64,000 nt of DNA, from assembly GCA_046563655.1 (NCBI GenBank), contig CM102286.1:3658001-3722000 (forward strand). Direction: 5' to 3'. The position numbers and the translations under genes were made by a program. Source of the DNA: Yuukianura sp. NJ FZ-2021 (lineage: Eukaryota). The notes beneath the pieces are model-generated. The model ran no database searches. It was given only the letters and a program-made list of their open reading frames with translations, and was not told the origin of the DNA. Shown here piece after piece: positions 1 through 15,000 of the stretch. The first letter of the stretch is position 1. Every line of letters starts with the position of its first letter.

Positions 1-3000
1 AAAAAGTTAAAAGTTGAGTAGGAAAATCACTCTTTCTAAATGACATAATTCCAAATTCCAAAAAGTTAAAAGTTTAGTAGGAAAATCACTCTTTCTAAAT
101 GACATAATTCCAAATTCCAAAAAGTTAAAAGTTTAGTAGGAAAATCACTCTTTCTAAATGACATAATTCCAAATTCCAAAAAGTTAAAAGTTTAGTAGGA
201 AAATCACTCTTTCTAAATGACATAATTCCAAATTCCAAAAAGTTAAAAGTTTAGTAGGAAAATCACTCTTTCTAAATGACATAATTCCAAATTCCAAAAA
301 GTTAAAAGTTTAGTAGGAAAATCACTCTTTCTAAATGACATAATTCCAAATTCCAAAAAGTTAAAAGTTTAGTAGGAAAATCACTCTTTCTAAATGACAT
401 AATTCCAAATTCCAAAAAGTTAAAAGTTTAGTAGGAAAATCACTCTTTCTAAATGACATAATTCCAAATTCCAAAAAGTTAAAAGTTTAGTAGGAAAATC
501 ACTCTTTCTAAATGACATAATTCCAAATTCCAAAAAGTTAAAAGTTGAGTAGGAAAATCACTCTTTCTAAATGACATAATTCCAAATTCCAAAAAGTTAA
601 AAGTTGAGTAGGAAAATCACTCTTTCTAAATGACATAATTCCAAATTCCAAAAAGTTAAAAGTTTAGTAGGAAAATCACTCTTTCTAAATGACATAATTC
701 CAAATTCCAAAAAGTTAAAAGTTTAGTAGGAAAATCACTCTTTCTAAATGACATAATTCCAAATTCCAAAAAGTTAAAAGTTTAGTAGGAAAATCACTCT
801 TTCTAAATGACATAATTCCAAATTCCAAAAAGTTAAAAGTTTAGTAGGAAAATCACTCTTTCTAAATGACATAATTCCAAATTCCAAAAAGTTAAAAGTT
901 TAGTAGGAAAATCACTCTTTCTAAATGACATAATTCCAAATTCCAAAAAGTGAAAAGTTTAGTAGGAAAATCACTCTTTCTAAATGACATAATTCCAAAT
1001 TCCAAAAAGTTAAAAGTTTAGTAGGAAAATCACTCTTTCTAAATGACATAATTCCAAATTCCAAAAAGTTAAAAGTTTAGTAGGAAAATCACTCTTTCTA
1101 AATGACATAATTCCAAATTCCAAAAAGTTAAAAGTTTAGTAGGAAAATCACTCTTTCTAAATGACATAATTCCAAATTCCAAAAAGTTAAAAGTTTAGTA
1201 GGAAAATCACTCTTTCTAAATGACATAATTCCAAATTCCAAAAAGTTAAAAGTTTAGTAGGAAAATCACTCTTTCTAAATGACATAATTCCAAATTCCAA
1301 AAAGTTAAAAGTTTAGTAGGAAAATCACTCTTTCTAAATGACATAATTCCAAATTCCAAAAAGTTAAAAGTTTAGTAGGAAAATCACTCTTTCTAAATGA
1401 CATAATTCCAAATTCCAAAAAGTTAAAAGTTTAGTAGGAAAATCACTCTTTCTAAATGACATAATTCCAAATTCCAAAAAGTTAAAAGTTTAGTAGGAAA
1501 ATCACTCTTTCTAAATGACATAATTCCAAATTCCAAAAAGTTAAAAGTTTAGTAGGAAAATCACTCTTTCTAAATGACATAATTCCAAATTCCAAAAAGT
1601 TAAAAGTTTAGTAGGAAAATCACTCTTTCTAAATGACATAATTCCAAATTCCAAAAAGTTAAAAGTTTAGTAGGAAAATCACTCTTTCTAAATGACATAA
1701 TTCCAAATTCCAAAAAGTTAAAAGTTTAGTAGGAAAATCACTCTTTCTAAATGACATAATTCCAAATTCCAAAAAGTTAAAAGTTTAGTAGGAAAATCAC
1801 TCTTTCTAAATGACATAATTCCAAATTCCAAAAAGTTAAAAGTTTGAGTAGGAAAATCACTCTTTCTAAATGACATAATTCCAAATTCCAAAAAGTTAAA
1901 AGTTTAGTAGGAAAATCACTCTTTCTAAATGACATAATTCCAAATTCCAAAAAGTTAAAAGTTTAGTAGGAAAATCACTCTTTCTAAATGACATAATTCC
2001 AAATTCCAAAAAGTTAAAAGTTTAGTAGGAAAATCACTCTTTCTAAATGACATAATTCCAAATTCCAAAAAGTTAAAAGTTTAGTAGGAAAATCACTCTT
2101 TCTAAATGACATAATTCCAAATTCCAAAAAGTTAAAAGTTTAGTAGGAAAATCACTCTTTCTAAATGACATAATTCCAAATTCCAAAAAGTTAAAAGTTT
2201 AGTAGGAAAATCACTCTTTCTAAATGACATAATTCCAAATTCCAAAAAGTTAAAAGTTTAGTAGGAAAATCACTCTTTCTAAATGACATAATTCCAAATT
2301 CCAAAAAGTTAAAAGTTTAGTAGGAAAATCACTCTTTCTAAATGACATAATTCCAAATTCCAAAAAGTTAAAAGTTTAGTAGGAAAATCACTCTTTCTAA
2401 ATGACATAATTCCAAATTCCAAAAAGTTAAAAGTTTAGTAGGAAAATCACTCTTTCTAAATGACATAATTCCAAATTCCAAAAAGTTAAAAGTTTAGTAG
2501 GAAAATCACTCTTTCTAAATGACATAATTCCAAATTCCAAAAAGTTAAAAGTTTAGTAGGAAAATCACTCTTTCTAAATGACATAATTCCAAATTCCAAA
2601 AAGTTAAAAGTTTAGTAGGAAAATCACTCTTTCTAAATGACATAATTCCAAATTCCAAAAAGTTAAAAGTTTAGTAGGAAAATCACTCTTTCTAAATGAC
2701 ATAATTCCAAATTCCAAAAAGTTAAAAGTTTAGTAGGAAAATCACTCTTTCTAAATGACATAATTCCAAATTCCAAAAAGTTAAAAGTTTAGTAGGAAAA
2801 TCACTCTTTCTAAATGACATAATTCCAAATTCCAAAAAGTTAAAAGTTTAGTAGGAAAATCACTCTTTCTAAATGACATAATTCCAAATTCCAAAAAGTT
2901 AAAAGTTTAGTAGGAAAATCACTCTTTCTAAATGACATAATTCCAAATTCCAAAAAGTTAAAAGTTTAGTAGGAAAATCACTCTTTCTAAATGACATAAT

Positions 3001-6000
3001 TCCAAATTCCAAAAAGTTAAAAGTTTAGTAGGAAAATCACTCTTTCTAAATGACATAATTCCAAATTCCAAAAAGTTAAAAGTTTAGTAGGAAAATCACT
3101 CTTTCTAAATGACATAATTCCAAATTCCAAAAAGTTAAAAGTTTAGTAGGAAAATCACTCTTTCTAAATGACATAATTCCAAATTCCAAAAAGTTAAAAG
3201 TTTAGTAGGAAAATCACTCTTTCTAAATGACATAATTCCAAATTCCAAAAAGTTAAAAGTTTAGTAGGAAAATCACTCTTTCTAAATGACATAATTCCAA
3301 ATTCCAAAAAGTTAAAAGTTTAGTAGGAAAATCACTCTTTCTAAATGACATAATTCCAAATTCCAAAAAGTTAAAAGTTTAGTAGGAAAATCACTCTTTC
3401 TAAATGACATAATTCCAAATTCCAAAAAGTTAAAAGTTTAGTAGGAAAATCACTCTTTCTAAATGACATAATTCCAAATTCCAAAAAGTTAAAAGTTTAG
3501 TAGGAAAATCACTCTTTCTAAATGACATAATTCCAAATTCCAAAAAGTTAAAAGTTTAGTAGGAAAATCACTCTTTCTAAATGACATAATTCCAAATTCC
3601 AAAAAGTTAAAAGTTTAGTAGGAAAATCACTCTTTCTAAATGACATAATTCCAAATTCCAAAAAGTTAAAAGTTTAGTAGGAAAATCACTCTTTCTAAAT
3701 GACATAATTCCAAATTCCAAAAAGTTAAAAGTTTAGTAGGAAAATCACTCTTTCTAAATGACATAATTCCAAATTCCAAAAAGTTAAAAGTTTAGTAGGA
3801 AAATCACTCTTTCTAAATGACATAATTCCAAATTCCAAAAAGTTAAAAGTTTAGTAGGAAAATCACTCTTTCTAAATGACATAATTCCAAATTCCAAAAA
3901 GTTAAAAGTTGAGTAGGAAAATCACTCTTTCTAAATGACATAATTCCAAATTCCAAAAAGTTAAAAGTTTAGTAGGAAAATCACTCTTTCTAAATGACAT
4001 AATTCCAAATTCCAAAAAGTTAAAAGTTTAGTAGGAAAATCACTCTTTCTAAATGACATAATTCCAAATTCCAAAAAGTTAAAAGTTTAGTAGGAAAATC
4101 ACTCTTTCTAAATGACATAATTCCAAATTCCAAAAAGTTAAAAGTTTAGTAGGAAAATCACTCTTTCTAAATGACATAATTCCAAATTCCAAAAAGTTAA
4201 AAGTTTAGTAGGAAAATCACTCTTTCTAAATGACATAATTCCAAATTCCAAAAAGTTAAAAGTTTAGTAGGAAAATCACTCTTTCTAAATGACATAATTC
4301 CAAATTCCAAAAAGTTAAAAGTTTAGTAGGAAAATCACTCTTTCTAAATGACATAATTCCAAATTCCAAAAAGTTAAAAGTTTAGTAGGAAAATCACTCT
4401 TTCTAAATGACATAATTCCAAATTCCAAAAAGTTAAAAGTTTAGTAGGAAAATCACTCTTTCTAAATGACATAATTCCAAATTCCAAAAAGTTAAAAGTT
4501 TAGTAGGAAAATCACTCTTTCTAAATGACATAATTCCAAATTCCAAAAAGTTAAAAGTTTAGTAGGAAAATCACTCTTTCTAAATGACATAATTCCAAAT
4601 TCCAAAAAGTTAAAAGTTGAGTAGGAAAATCACTCTTTCTAAATGACATAATTCCAAATTCCAAAAAGTTAAAAGTTTAGTAGGAAAATCACTCTTTCTA
4701 AATGACATAATTCCAAATTCCAAAAAGTTAAAAGTTTAGTAGGAAAATCACTCTTTCTAAATGACATAATTCCAAATTCCAAAAAGTTAAAAGTTTAGTA
4801 GGAAAATCACTCTTTCTAAATGACATAATTCCAAATTCCAAAAAGTTAAAAGTTTAGTAGGAAAATCACTCTTTCTAAATGACATAATTCCAAATTCCAA
4901 AAAGTTAAAAGTTTAGTAGGAAAATCACTCTTTCTAAATGACATAATTCCAAATTCCAAAAAGTTAAAAGTTTAGTAGGAAAATCACTCTTTCTAAATGA
5001 CATAATTCCAAATTCCAAAAAGTTAAAAGTTTAGTAGGAAAATCACTCTTTCTAAATGACATAATTCCAAATTCCAAAAAGTTAAAAGTTTAGTAGGAAA
5101 ATCACTCTTTCTAAATGACATAATTCCAAATTCCAAAAAGTTAAAAGTTTAGTAGGAAAATCACTCTTTCTAAATGACATAATTCCAAATTCCAAAAAGT
5201 TAAAAGTTTAGTAGGAAAATCACTCTTTCTAAATGACATAATTCCAAATTCCAAAAAGTTAAAAGTTTAGTAGGAAAATCACTCTTTCTAAATGACATAA
5301 TTCCAAATTCCAAAAAGTTAAAAGTTTAGTAGGAAAATCACTCTTTCTAAATGACATAATTCCAAATTCCAAAAAGTTAAAAGTTTAGTAGGAAAATCAC
5401 TCTTTCTAAATGACATAATTCCAAATTCCAAAAAGTTAAAAGTTTAGTAGGAAAATCACTCTTTCTAAATGACATAATTCCAAATTCCAAAAAGTTAAAA
5501 GTTTAGTAGGAAAATCACTCTTTCTAAATGACATAATTCCAAATTCCAAAAAGTTAAAAGTTTAGTAGGAAAATCACTCTTTCTAAATGACATAATTCCA
5601 AATTCCAAAAAGTTAAAAGTTTAGTAGGAAAATCACTCTTTCTAAATGACATAATTCCAAATTCCAAAAAGTTAAAAGTTTAGTAGGAAAATCACTCTTT
5701 CTAAATGACATAATTCCAAATTCCAAAAAGTTAAAAGTTTAGTAGGAAAATCACTCTTTCTAAATGACATAATTCCAAATTCCAAAAAGTTAAAAGTTTA
5801 GTAGGAAAATCACTCTTTCTAAATGACATAATTCCAAATTCCAAAAAGTTAAAAGTTTAGTAGGAAAATCACTCTTTCTAAATGACATAATTCCAAATTC
5901 CAAAAAGTTAAAAGTTTAGTAGGAAAATCACTCTTTCTAAATGACATAATTCCAAATTCCAAAAAGTTAAAAGTTTAGTAGGAAAATCACTCTTTCTAAA

Positions 6001-9000
6001 TGACATAATTCCAAATTCCAAAAAGTTAAAAGTTTAGTAGGAAAATCACTCTTTCTAAATGACATAATTCCAAATTCCAAAAAGTTAAAAGTTTAGTAGG
6101 AAAATCACTCTTTCTAAATGACATAATTCCAAATTCCAAAAAGTTAAAAGTTTAGTAGGAAAATCACTCTTTCTAAATGACATAATTCCAAATTCCAAAA
6201 AGTTAAAAGTTTAGTAGGAAAATCACTCTTTCTAAATGACATAATTCCAAATTCCAAAAAGTTAAAAGTTTAGTAGGAAAATCACTCTTTCTAAATGACA
6301 TAATTCCAAATTCCAAAAAGTTAAAAGTTTAGTAGGAAAATCACTCTTTCTAAATGACATAATTCCAAATTCCAAAAAGTTAAAAGTTTAGTAGGAAAAT
6401 CACTCTTTCTAAATGACATAATTCCAAATTCCAAAAAGTTAAAAGTTTAGTAGGAAAATCACTCTTTCTAAATGACATAATTCCAAATTCCAAAAAGTTA
6501 AAAGTTGAGTAGGAAAATCACTCTTTCTAAATGACATAATTCCAAATTCCAAAAAGTTAAAAGTTTAGTAGGAAAATCACTCTTTCTAAATGACATAATT
6601 CCAAATTCCAAAAAGTTAAAAGTTTAGTAGGAAAATCACTCTTTCTAAATGACATAATTCCAAATTCCAAAAAGTTAAAAGTTTAGTAGGAAAATCACTC
6701 TTTCTAAATGACATAATTCCAAATTCCAAAAAGTTAAAAGTTTAGTAGGAAAATCACTCTTTCTAAATGACATAATTCCAAATTCCAAAAAGTTAAAAGT
6801 TTAGTAGGAAAATCACTCTTTCTAAATGACATAATTCCAAATTCCAAAAAGTTAAAAGTTGAGTAGGAAAATCACTCTTTCTAAATGACATAATTCCAAA
6901 TTCCAAAAAGTTAAAAGTTTAGTAGGAAAATCACTCTTTCTAAATGACATAATTCCAAATTCCAAAAAGTTAAAAGTTTAGTAGGAAAATCACTCTTTCT
7001 AAATGACATAATTCCAAATTCCAAAAAGTTAAAAGTTTAGTAGGAAAATCACTCTTTCTAAATGACATAATTCCAAATTCCAAAAAGTTAAAAGTTTAGT
7101 AGGAAAATCACTCTTTCTAAATGACATAATTCCAAATTCCAAAAAGTTAAAAGTTTAGTAGGAAAATCACTCTTTCTAAATGACATAATTCCAAATTCCA
7201 AAAAGTTAAAAGTTTAGTAGGAAAATCACTCTTTCTAAATGACATAATTCCAAATTCCAAAAAGTTAAAAGTTTAGTAGGAAAATCACTCTTTCTAAATG
7301 ACATAATTCCAAATTCCAAAAAGTTAAAAGTTTAGTAGGAAAATCACTCTTTCTAAATGACATAATTCCAAATTCCAAAAAGTTAAAAGTTTAGTAGGAA
7401 AATCACTCTTTCTAAATGACATAATTCCAAATTCCAAAAAGTTAAAAGTTTAGTAGGAAAATCACTCTTTCTAAATGACATAATTCCAAATTCCAAAAAG
7501 TTAAAAGTTTAGTAGGAAAATCACTCTTTCTAAATGACATAATTCCAAATTCCAAAAAGTTAAAAGTTTAGTAGGAAAATCACTCTTTCTAAATGACATA
7601 ATTCCAAATTCCAAAAAGTTAAAAGTTTAGTAGGAAAATCACTCTTTCTAAATGACATAATTCCAAATTCCAAAAAGTTAAAAGTTTAGTAGGAAAATCA
7701 CTCTTTCTAAATGACATAATTCCAAATTCCAAAAAGTTAAAAGTTTAGTAGGAAAATCACTCTTTCTAAATGACATAATTCCAAATTCCAAAAAGTTAAA
7801 AGTTTAGTAGGAAAATCACTCTTTCTAAATGACATAATTCCAAATTCCAAAAAGTTAAAAGTTTAGTAGGAAAATCACTCTTTCTAAATGACATAATTCC
7901 AAATTCCAAAAAGTTAAAAGTTTAGTAGGAAAATCACTCTTTCTAAATGACATAATTCCAAATTCCAAAAAGTTAAAAGTTTAGTAGGAAAATCACTCTT
8001 TCTAAATGACATAATTCCAAATTCCAAAAAGTTAAAAGTTGAGTAGGAAAATCACTCTTTCTAAATGACATAATTCCAAATTCCAAAAAGTTAAAAGTTT
8101 AGTAGGAAAATCACTCTTTCTAAATGACATAATTCCAAATTCCAAAAAGTTAAAAGTTTAGTAGGAAAATCACTCTTTCTAAATGACATAATTCCAAATT
8201 CCAAAAAGTTAAAAGTTTAGTAGGAAAATCACTCTTTCTAAATGACATAATTCCAAATTCCAAAAAGTTAAAAGTTTAGTAGGAAAATCACTCTTTCTAA
8301 ATGACATAATTCCAAATTCCAAAAAGTTAAAAGTTTAGTAGGAAAATCACTCTTTCTAAATGACATAATTCCAAATTCCAAAAAGTTAAAAGTTTAGTAG
8401 GAAAATCACTCTTTCTAAATGACATAATTCCAAATTCCAAAAAGTTAAAAGTTTAGTAGGAAAATCACTCTTTCTAAATGACATAATTCCAAATTCCAAA
8501 AAGTTAAAAGTTGAGTAGGAAAATCACTCTTTCTAAATGACATAATTCCAAATTCCAAAAAGTTAAAAGTTTAGTAGGAAAATCACTCTTTCTAAATGAC
8601 ATAATTCCAAATTCCAAAAAGTTAAAAGTTTAGTAGGAAAATCACTCTTTCTAAATGACATAATTCCAAATTCCAAAAAGTTAAAAGTTTAGTAGGAAAA
8701 TCACTCTTTCTAAATGACATAATTCCAAATTCCAAAAAGTTAAAAGTTTAGTAGGAAAATCACTCTTTCTAAATGACATAATTCCAAATTCCAAAAAGTT
8801 AAAAGTTTAGTAGGAAAATCACTCTTTCTAAATGACATAATTCCAAATTCCAAAAAGTTAAAAGTTTAGTAGGAAAATCACTCTTTCTAAATGACATAAT
8901 TCCAAATTCCAAAAAGTTAAAAGTTTAGTAGGAAAATCACTCTTTCTAAATGACATAATTCCAAATTCCAAAAAGTTAAAAGTTTAGTAGGAAAATCACT

Positions 9001-12000
9001 CTTTCTAAATGACATAATTCCAAATTCCAAAAAGTTAAAAGTTTAGTAGGAAAATCACTCTTTCTAAATGACATAATTCCAAATTCCAAAAAGTTAAAAG
9101 TTTAGTAGGAAAATCACTCTTTCTAAATGACATAATTCCAAATTCCAAAAAGTTAAAAGTTTAGTAGGAAAATCACTCTTTCTAAATGACATAATTCCAA
9201 ATTCCAAAAAGTTAAAAGTTTAGTAGGAAAATCACTCTTTCTAAATGACATAATTCCAAATTCCAAAAAGTTAAAAGTTTAGTAGGAAAATCACTCTTTC
9301 TAAATGACATAATTCCAAATTCCAAAAAGTTAAAAGTTTAGTAGGAAAATCACTCTTTCTAAATGACATAATTCCAAATTCCAAAAAGTTAAAAGTTTAG
9401 TAGGAAAATCACTCTTTCTAAATGACATAATTCCAAATTCCAAAAAGTTAAAAGTTTAGTAGGAAAATCACTCTTTCTAAATGACATAATTCCAAATTCC
9501 AAAAAGTTAAAAGTTTAGTAGGAAAATCACTCTTTCTAAATGACATAATTCCAAATTCCAAAAAGTTAAAAGTTTAGTAGGAAAATCACTCTTTCTAAAT
9601 GACATAATTCCAAATTCCAAAAAGTTAAAAGTTTAGTAGGAAAATCACTCTTTCTAAATGACATAATTCCAAATTCCAAAAAGTTAAAAGTTTAGTAGGA
9701 AAATCACTCTTTCTAAATGACATAATTCCAAATTCCAAAAAGTTAAAAGTTTAGTAGGAAAATCACTCTTTCTAAATGACATAATTCCAAATTCCAAAAA
9801 GTTAAAAGTTTAGTAGGAAAATCACTCTTTCTAAATGACATAATTCCAAATTCCAAAAAGTTAAAAGTTTAGTAGGAAAATCACTCTTTCTAAATGACAT
9901 AATTCCAAATTCCAAAAAGTTAAAAGTTTAGTAGGAAAATCACTCTTTCTAAATGACATAATTCCAAATTCCAAAAAGTTAAAAGTTTAGTAGGAAAATC
10001 ACTCTTTCTAAATGACATAATTCCAAATTCCAAAAAGTTAAAAGTTTAGTAGGAAAATCACTCTTTCTAAATGACATAATTCCAAATTCCAAAAAGTTAA
10101 AAGTTTAGTAGGAAAATCACTCTTTCTAAATGACATAATTCCAAATTCCAAAAAGTTAAAAGTTTAGTAGGAAAATCACTCTTTCTAAATGACATAATTC
10201 CAAATTCCAAAAAGTTAAAAGTTTAGTAGGAAAATCACTCTTTCTAAATGACATAATTCCAAATTCCAAAAAGTTAAAAGTTGAGTAGGAAAATCACTCT
10301 TTCTAAATGACATAATTCCAAATTCCAAAAAGTTAAAAGTTTAGTAGGAAAATCACTCTTTCTAAATGACATAATTCCAAATTCCAAAAAGTTAAAAGTT
10401 TAGTAGGAAAATCACTCTTTCTAAATGACATAATTCCAAATTCCAAAAAGTTAAAAGTTTAGTAGGAAAATCACTCTTTCTAAATGACATAATTCCAAAT
10501 TCCAAAAAGTTAAAAGTTTAGTAGGAAAATCACTCTTTCTAAATGACATAATTCCAAATTCCAAAAAGTTAAAAGTTTAGTAGGAAAATCACTCTTTCTA
10601 AATGACATAATTCCAAATTCCAAAAAGTTAAAAGTTTAGTAGGAAAATCACTCTTTCTAAATGACATAATTCCAAATTCCAAAAAGTTAAAAGTTTAGTA
10701 GGAAAATCACTCTTTCTAAATGACATAATTCCAAATTCCAAAAAGTTAAAAGTTTAGTAGGAAAATCACTCTTTCTAAATGACATAATTCCAAATTCCAA
10801 AAAGTTAAAAGTTTAGTAGGAAAATCACTCTTTCTAAATGACATAATTCCAAATTCCAAAAAGTTAAAAGTTTAGTAGGAAAATCACTCTTTCTAAATGA
10901 CATAATTCCAAATTCCAAAAAGTTAAAAGTTTAGTAGGAAAATCACTCTTTCTAAATGACATAATTCCAAATTCCAAAAAGTTAAAAGTTTAGTAGGAAA
11001 ATCACTCTTTCTAAATGACATAATTCCAAATTCCAAAAAGTTAAAAGTTTAGTAGGAAAATCACTCTTTCTAAATGACATAATTCCAAATTCCAAAAAGT
11101 TAAAAGTTTAGTAGGAAAATCACTCTTTCTAAATGACATAATTCCAAATTCCAAAAAGTTAAAAGTTTAGTAGGAAAATCACTCTTTCTAAATGACATAA
11201 TTCCAAATTCCAAAAAGTTAAAAGTTTAGTAGGAAAATCACTCTTTCTAAATGACATAATTCCAAATTCCAAAAAGTTAAAAGTTTAGTAGGAAAATCAC
11301 TCTTTCTAAATGACATAATTCCAAATTCCAAAAAGTTAAAAGTTTAGTAGGAAAATCACTCTTTCTAAATGACATAATTCCAAATTCCAAAAAGTTAAAA
11401 GTTTAGTAGGAAAATCACTCTTTCTAAATGACATAATTCCAAATTCCAAAAAGTTAAAAGTTTAGTAGGAAAATCACTCTTTCTAAATGACATAATTCCA
11501 AATTCCAAAAAGTTAAAAGTTTAGTAGGAAAATCACTCTTTCTAAATGACATAATTCCAAATTCCAAAAAGTTAAAAGTTTAGTAGGAAAATCACTCTTT
11601 CTAAATGACATAATTCCAAATTCCAAAAAGTTAAAAGTTTAGTAGGAAAATCACTCTTTCTAAATGACATAATTCCAAATTCCAAAAAGTTAAAAGTTTA
11701 GTAGGAAAATCACTCTTTCTAAATGACATAATTCCAAATTCCAAAAAGTTAAAAGTTTAGTAGGAAAATCACTCTTTCTAAATGACATAATTCCAAATTC
11801 CAAAAAGTTAAAAGTTTAGTAGGAAAATCACTCTTTCTAAATGACATAATTCCAAATTCCAAAAAGTTAAAAGTTTAGTAGGAAAATCACTCTTTCTAAA
11901 TGACATAATTCCAAATTCCAAAAAGTTAAAAGTTTAGTAGGAAAATCACTCTTTCTAAATGACATAATTCCAAATTCCAAAAAGTTAAAAGTTTAGTAGG

Positions 12001-15000
12001 AAAATCACTCTTTCTAAATGACATAATTCCAAATTCCAAAAAGTTAAAAGTTGAGTAGGAAAATCACTCTTTCTAAATGACATAATTCCAAATTCCAAAA
12101 AGTTAAAAGTTTAGTAGGAAAATCACTCTTTCTAAATGACATAATTCCAAATTCCAAAAAGTTAAAAGTTTAGTAGGAAAATCACTCTTTCTAAATGACA
12201 TAATTCCAAATTCCAAAAAGTTAAAAGTTGAGTAGGAAAATCACTCTTTCTAAATGACATAATTCCAAATTCCAAAAAGTTAAAAGTTTAGTAGGAAAAT
12301 CACTCTTTCTAAATGACATAATTCCAAATTCCAAAAAGTTAAAAGTTTAGTAGGAAAATCACTCTTTCTAAATGACATAATTCCAAATTCCAAAAAGTTA
12401 AAAGTTTAGTAGGAAAATCACTCTTTCTAAATGACATAATTCCAAATTCCAAAAAGTTAAAAGTTTAGTAGGAAAATCACTCTTTCTAAATGACATAATT
12501 CCAAATTCCAAAAAGTTAAAAGTTTAGTAGGAAAATCACTCTTTCTAAATGACATAATTCCAAATTCCAAAAAGTTAAAAGTTTAGTAGGAAAATCACTC
12601 TTTCTAAATGACATAATTCCAAATTCCAAAAAGTTAAAAGTTTAGTAGGAAAATCACTCTTTCTAAATGACATAATTCCAAATTCCAAAAAGTTAAAAGT
12701 TTAGTAGGAAAATCACTCTTTCTAAATGACATAATTCCAAATTCCAAAAAGTTAAAAGTTGAGTAGGAAAATCACTCTTTCTAAATGACATAATTCCAAA
12801 TTCCAAAAAGTTAAAAGTTTAGTAGGAAAATCACTCTTTCTAAATGACATAATTCCAAATTCCAAAAAGTTAAAAGTTTAGTAGGAAAATCACTCTTTCT
12901 AAATGACATAATTCCAAATTCCAAAAAGTTAAAAGTTTAGTAGGAAAATCACTCTTTCTAAATGACATAATTCCAAATTCCAAAAAGTTAAAAGTTTAGT
13001 AGGAAAATCACTCTTTCTAAATGACATAATTCCAAATTCCAAAAAGTTAAAAGTTGAGTAGGAAAATCACTCTTTCTAAATGACATAATTCCAAATTCCA
13101 AAAAGTTAAAAGTTTAGTAGGAAAATCACTCTTTCTAAATGACATAATTCCAAATTCCAAAAAGTTAAAAGTTGAGTAGGAAAATCACTCTTTCTAAATG
13201 ACATAATTCCAAATTCCAAAAAGTTAAAAGTTTAGTAGGAAAATCACTCTTTCTAAATGACATAATTCCAAATTCCAAAAAGTTAAAAGTTTAGTAGGAA
13301 AATCACTCTTTCTAAATGACATAATTCCAAATTCCAAAAAGTTAAAAGTTTAGTAGGAAAATCACTCTTTCTAAATGACATAATTCCAAATTCCAAAAAG
13401 TTAAAAGTTTAGTAGGAAAATCACTCTTTCTAAATGACATAATTCCAAATTCCAAAAAGTTAAAAGTTGAGTAGGAAAATCACTCTTTCTAAATGACATA
13501 ATTCCAAATTCCAAAAAGTTAAAAGTTTAGTAGGAAAATCACTCTTTCTAAATGACATAATTCCAAATTCCAAAAAGTTAAAAGTTTAGTAGGAAAATCA
13601 CTCTTTCTAAATGACATAATTCCAAATTCCAAAAAGTTAAAAGTTTAGTAGGAAAATCACTCTTTCTAAATGACATAATTCCAAATTCCAAAAAGTTAAA
13701 AGTTTAGTAGGAAAATCACTCTTTCTAAATGACATAATTCCAAATTCCAAAAAGTTAAAAGTTTAGTAGGAAAATCACTCTTTCTAAATGACATAATTCC
13801 AAATTCCAAAAAGTTAAAAGTTTAGTAGGAAAATCACTCTTTCTAAATGACATAATTCCAAATTCCAAAAAGTTAAAAGTTTAGTAGGAAAATCACTCTT
13901 TCTAAATGACATAATTCCAAATTCCAAAAAGTTAAAAGTTTAGTAGGAAAATCACTCTTTCTAAATGACATAATTCCAAATTCCAAAAAGTTAAAAGTTT
14001 AGTAGGAAAATCACTCTTTCTAAATGACATAATTCCAAATTCCAAAAAGTTAAAAGTTTAGTAGGAAAATCACTCTTTCTAAATGACATAATTCCAAATT
14101 CCAAAAAGTTAAAAGTTTAGTAGGAAAATCACTCTTTCTAAATGACATAATTCCAAATTCCAAAAAGTTAAAAGTTTAGTAGGAAAATCACTCTTTCTAA
14201 ATGACATAATTCCAAATTCCAAAAAGTTAAAAGTTTAGTAGGAAAATCACTCTTTCTAAATGACATAATTCCAAATTCCAAAAAGTTAAAAGTTTAGTAG
14301 GAAAATCACTCTTTCTAAATGACATAATTCCAAATTCCAAAAAGTTAAAAGTTTAGTAGGAAAATCACTCTTTCTAAATGACATAATTCCAAATTCCAAA
14401 AAGTTAAAAGTTTAGTAGGAAAATCACTCTTTCTAAATGACATAATTCCAAATTCCAAAAAGTTAAAAGTTGAGTAGGAAAATCACTCTTTCTAAATGAC
14501 ATAATTCCAAATTCCAAAAAGTTAAAAGTTTAGTAGGAAAATCACTCTTTCTAAATGACATAATTCCAAATTCCAAAAAGTTAAAAGTTTAGTAGGAAAA
14601 TCACTCTTTCTAAATGACATAATTCCAAATTCCAAAAAGTTAAAAGTTTAGTAGGAAAATCACTCTTTCTAAATGACATAATTCCAAATTCCAAAAAGTT
14701 AAAAGTTTAGTAGGAAAATCACTCTTTCTAAATGACATAATTCCAAATTCCAAAAAGTTAAAAGTTTAGTAGGAAAATCACTCTTTCTAAATGACATAAT
14801 TCCAAATTCCAAAAAGTTAAAAGTTTAGTAGGAAAATCACTCTTTCTAAATGACATAATTCCAAATTCCAAAAAGTTAAAAGTTTAGTAGGAAAATCACT
14901 CTTTCTAAATGACATAATTCCAAATTCCAAAAAGTTAAAAGTTTAGTAGGAAAATCACTCTTTCTAAATGACATAATTCCAAATTCCAAAAAGTTAAAAG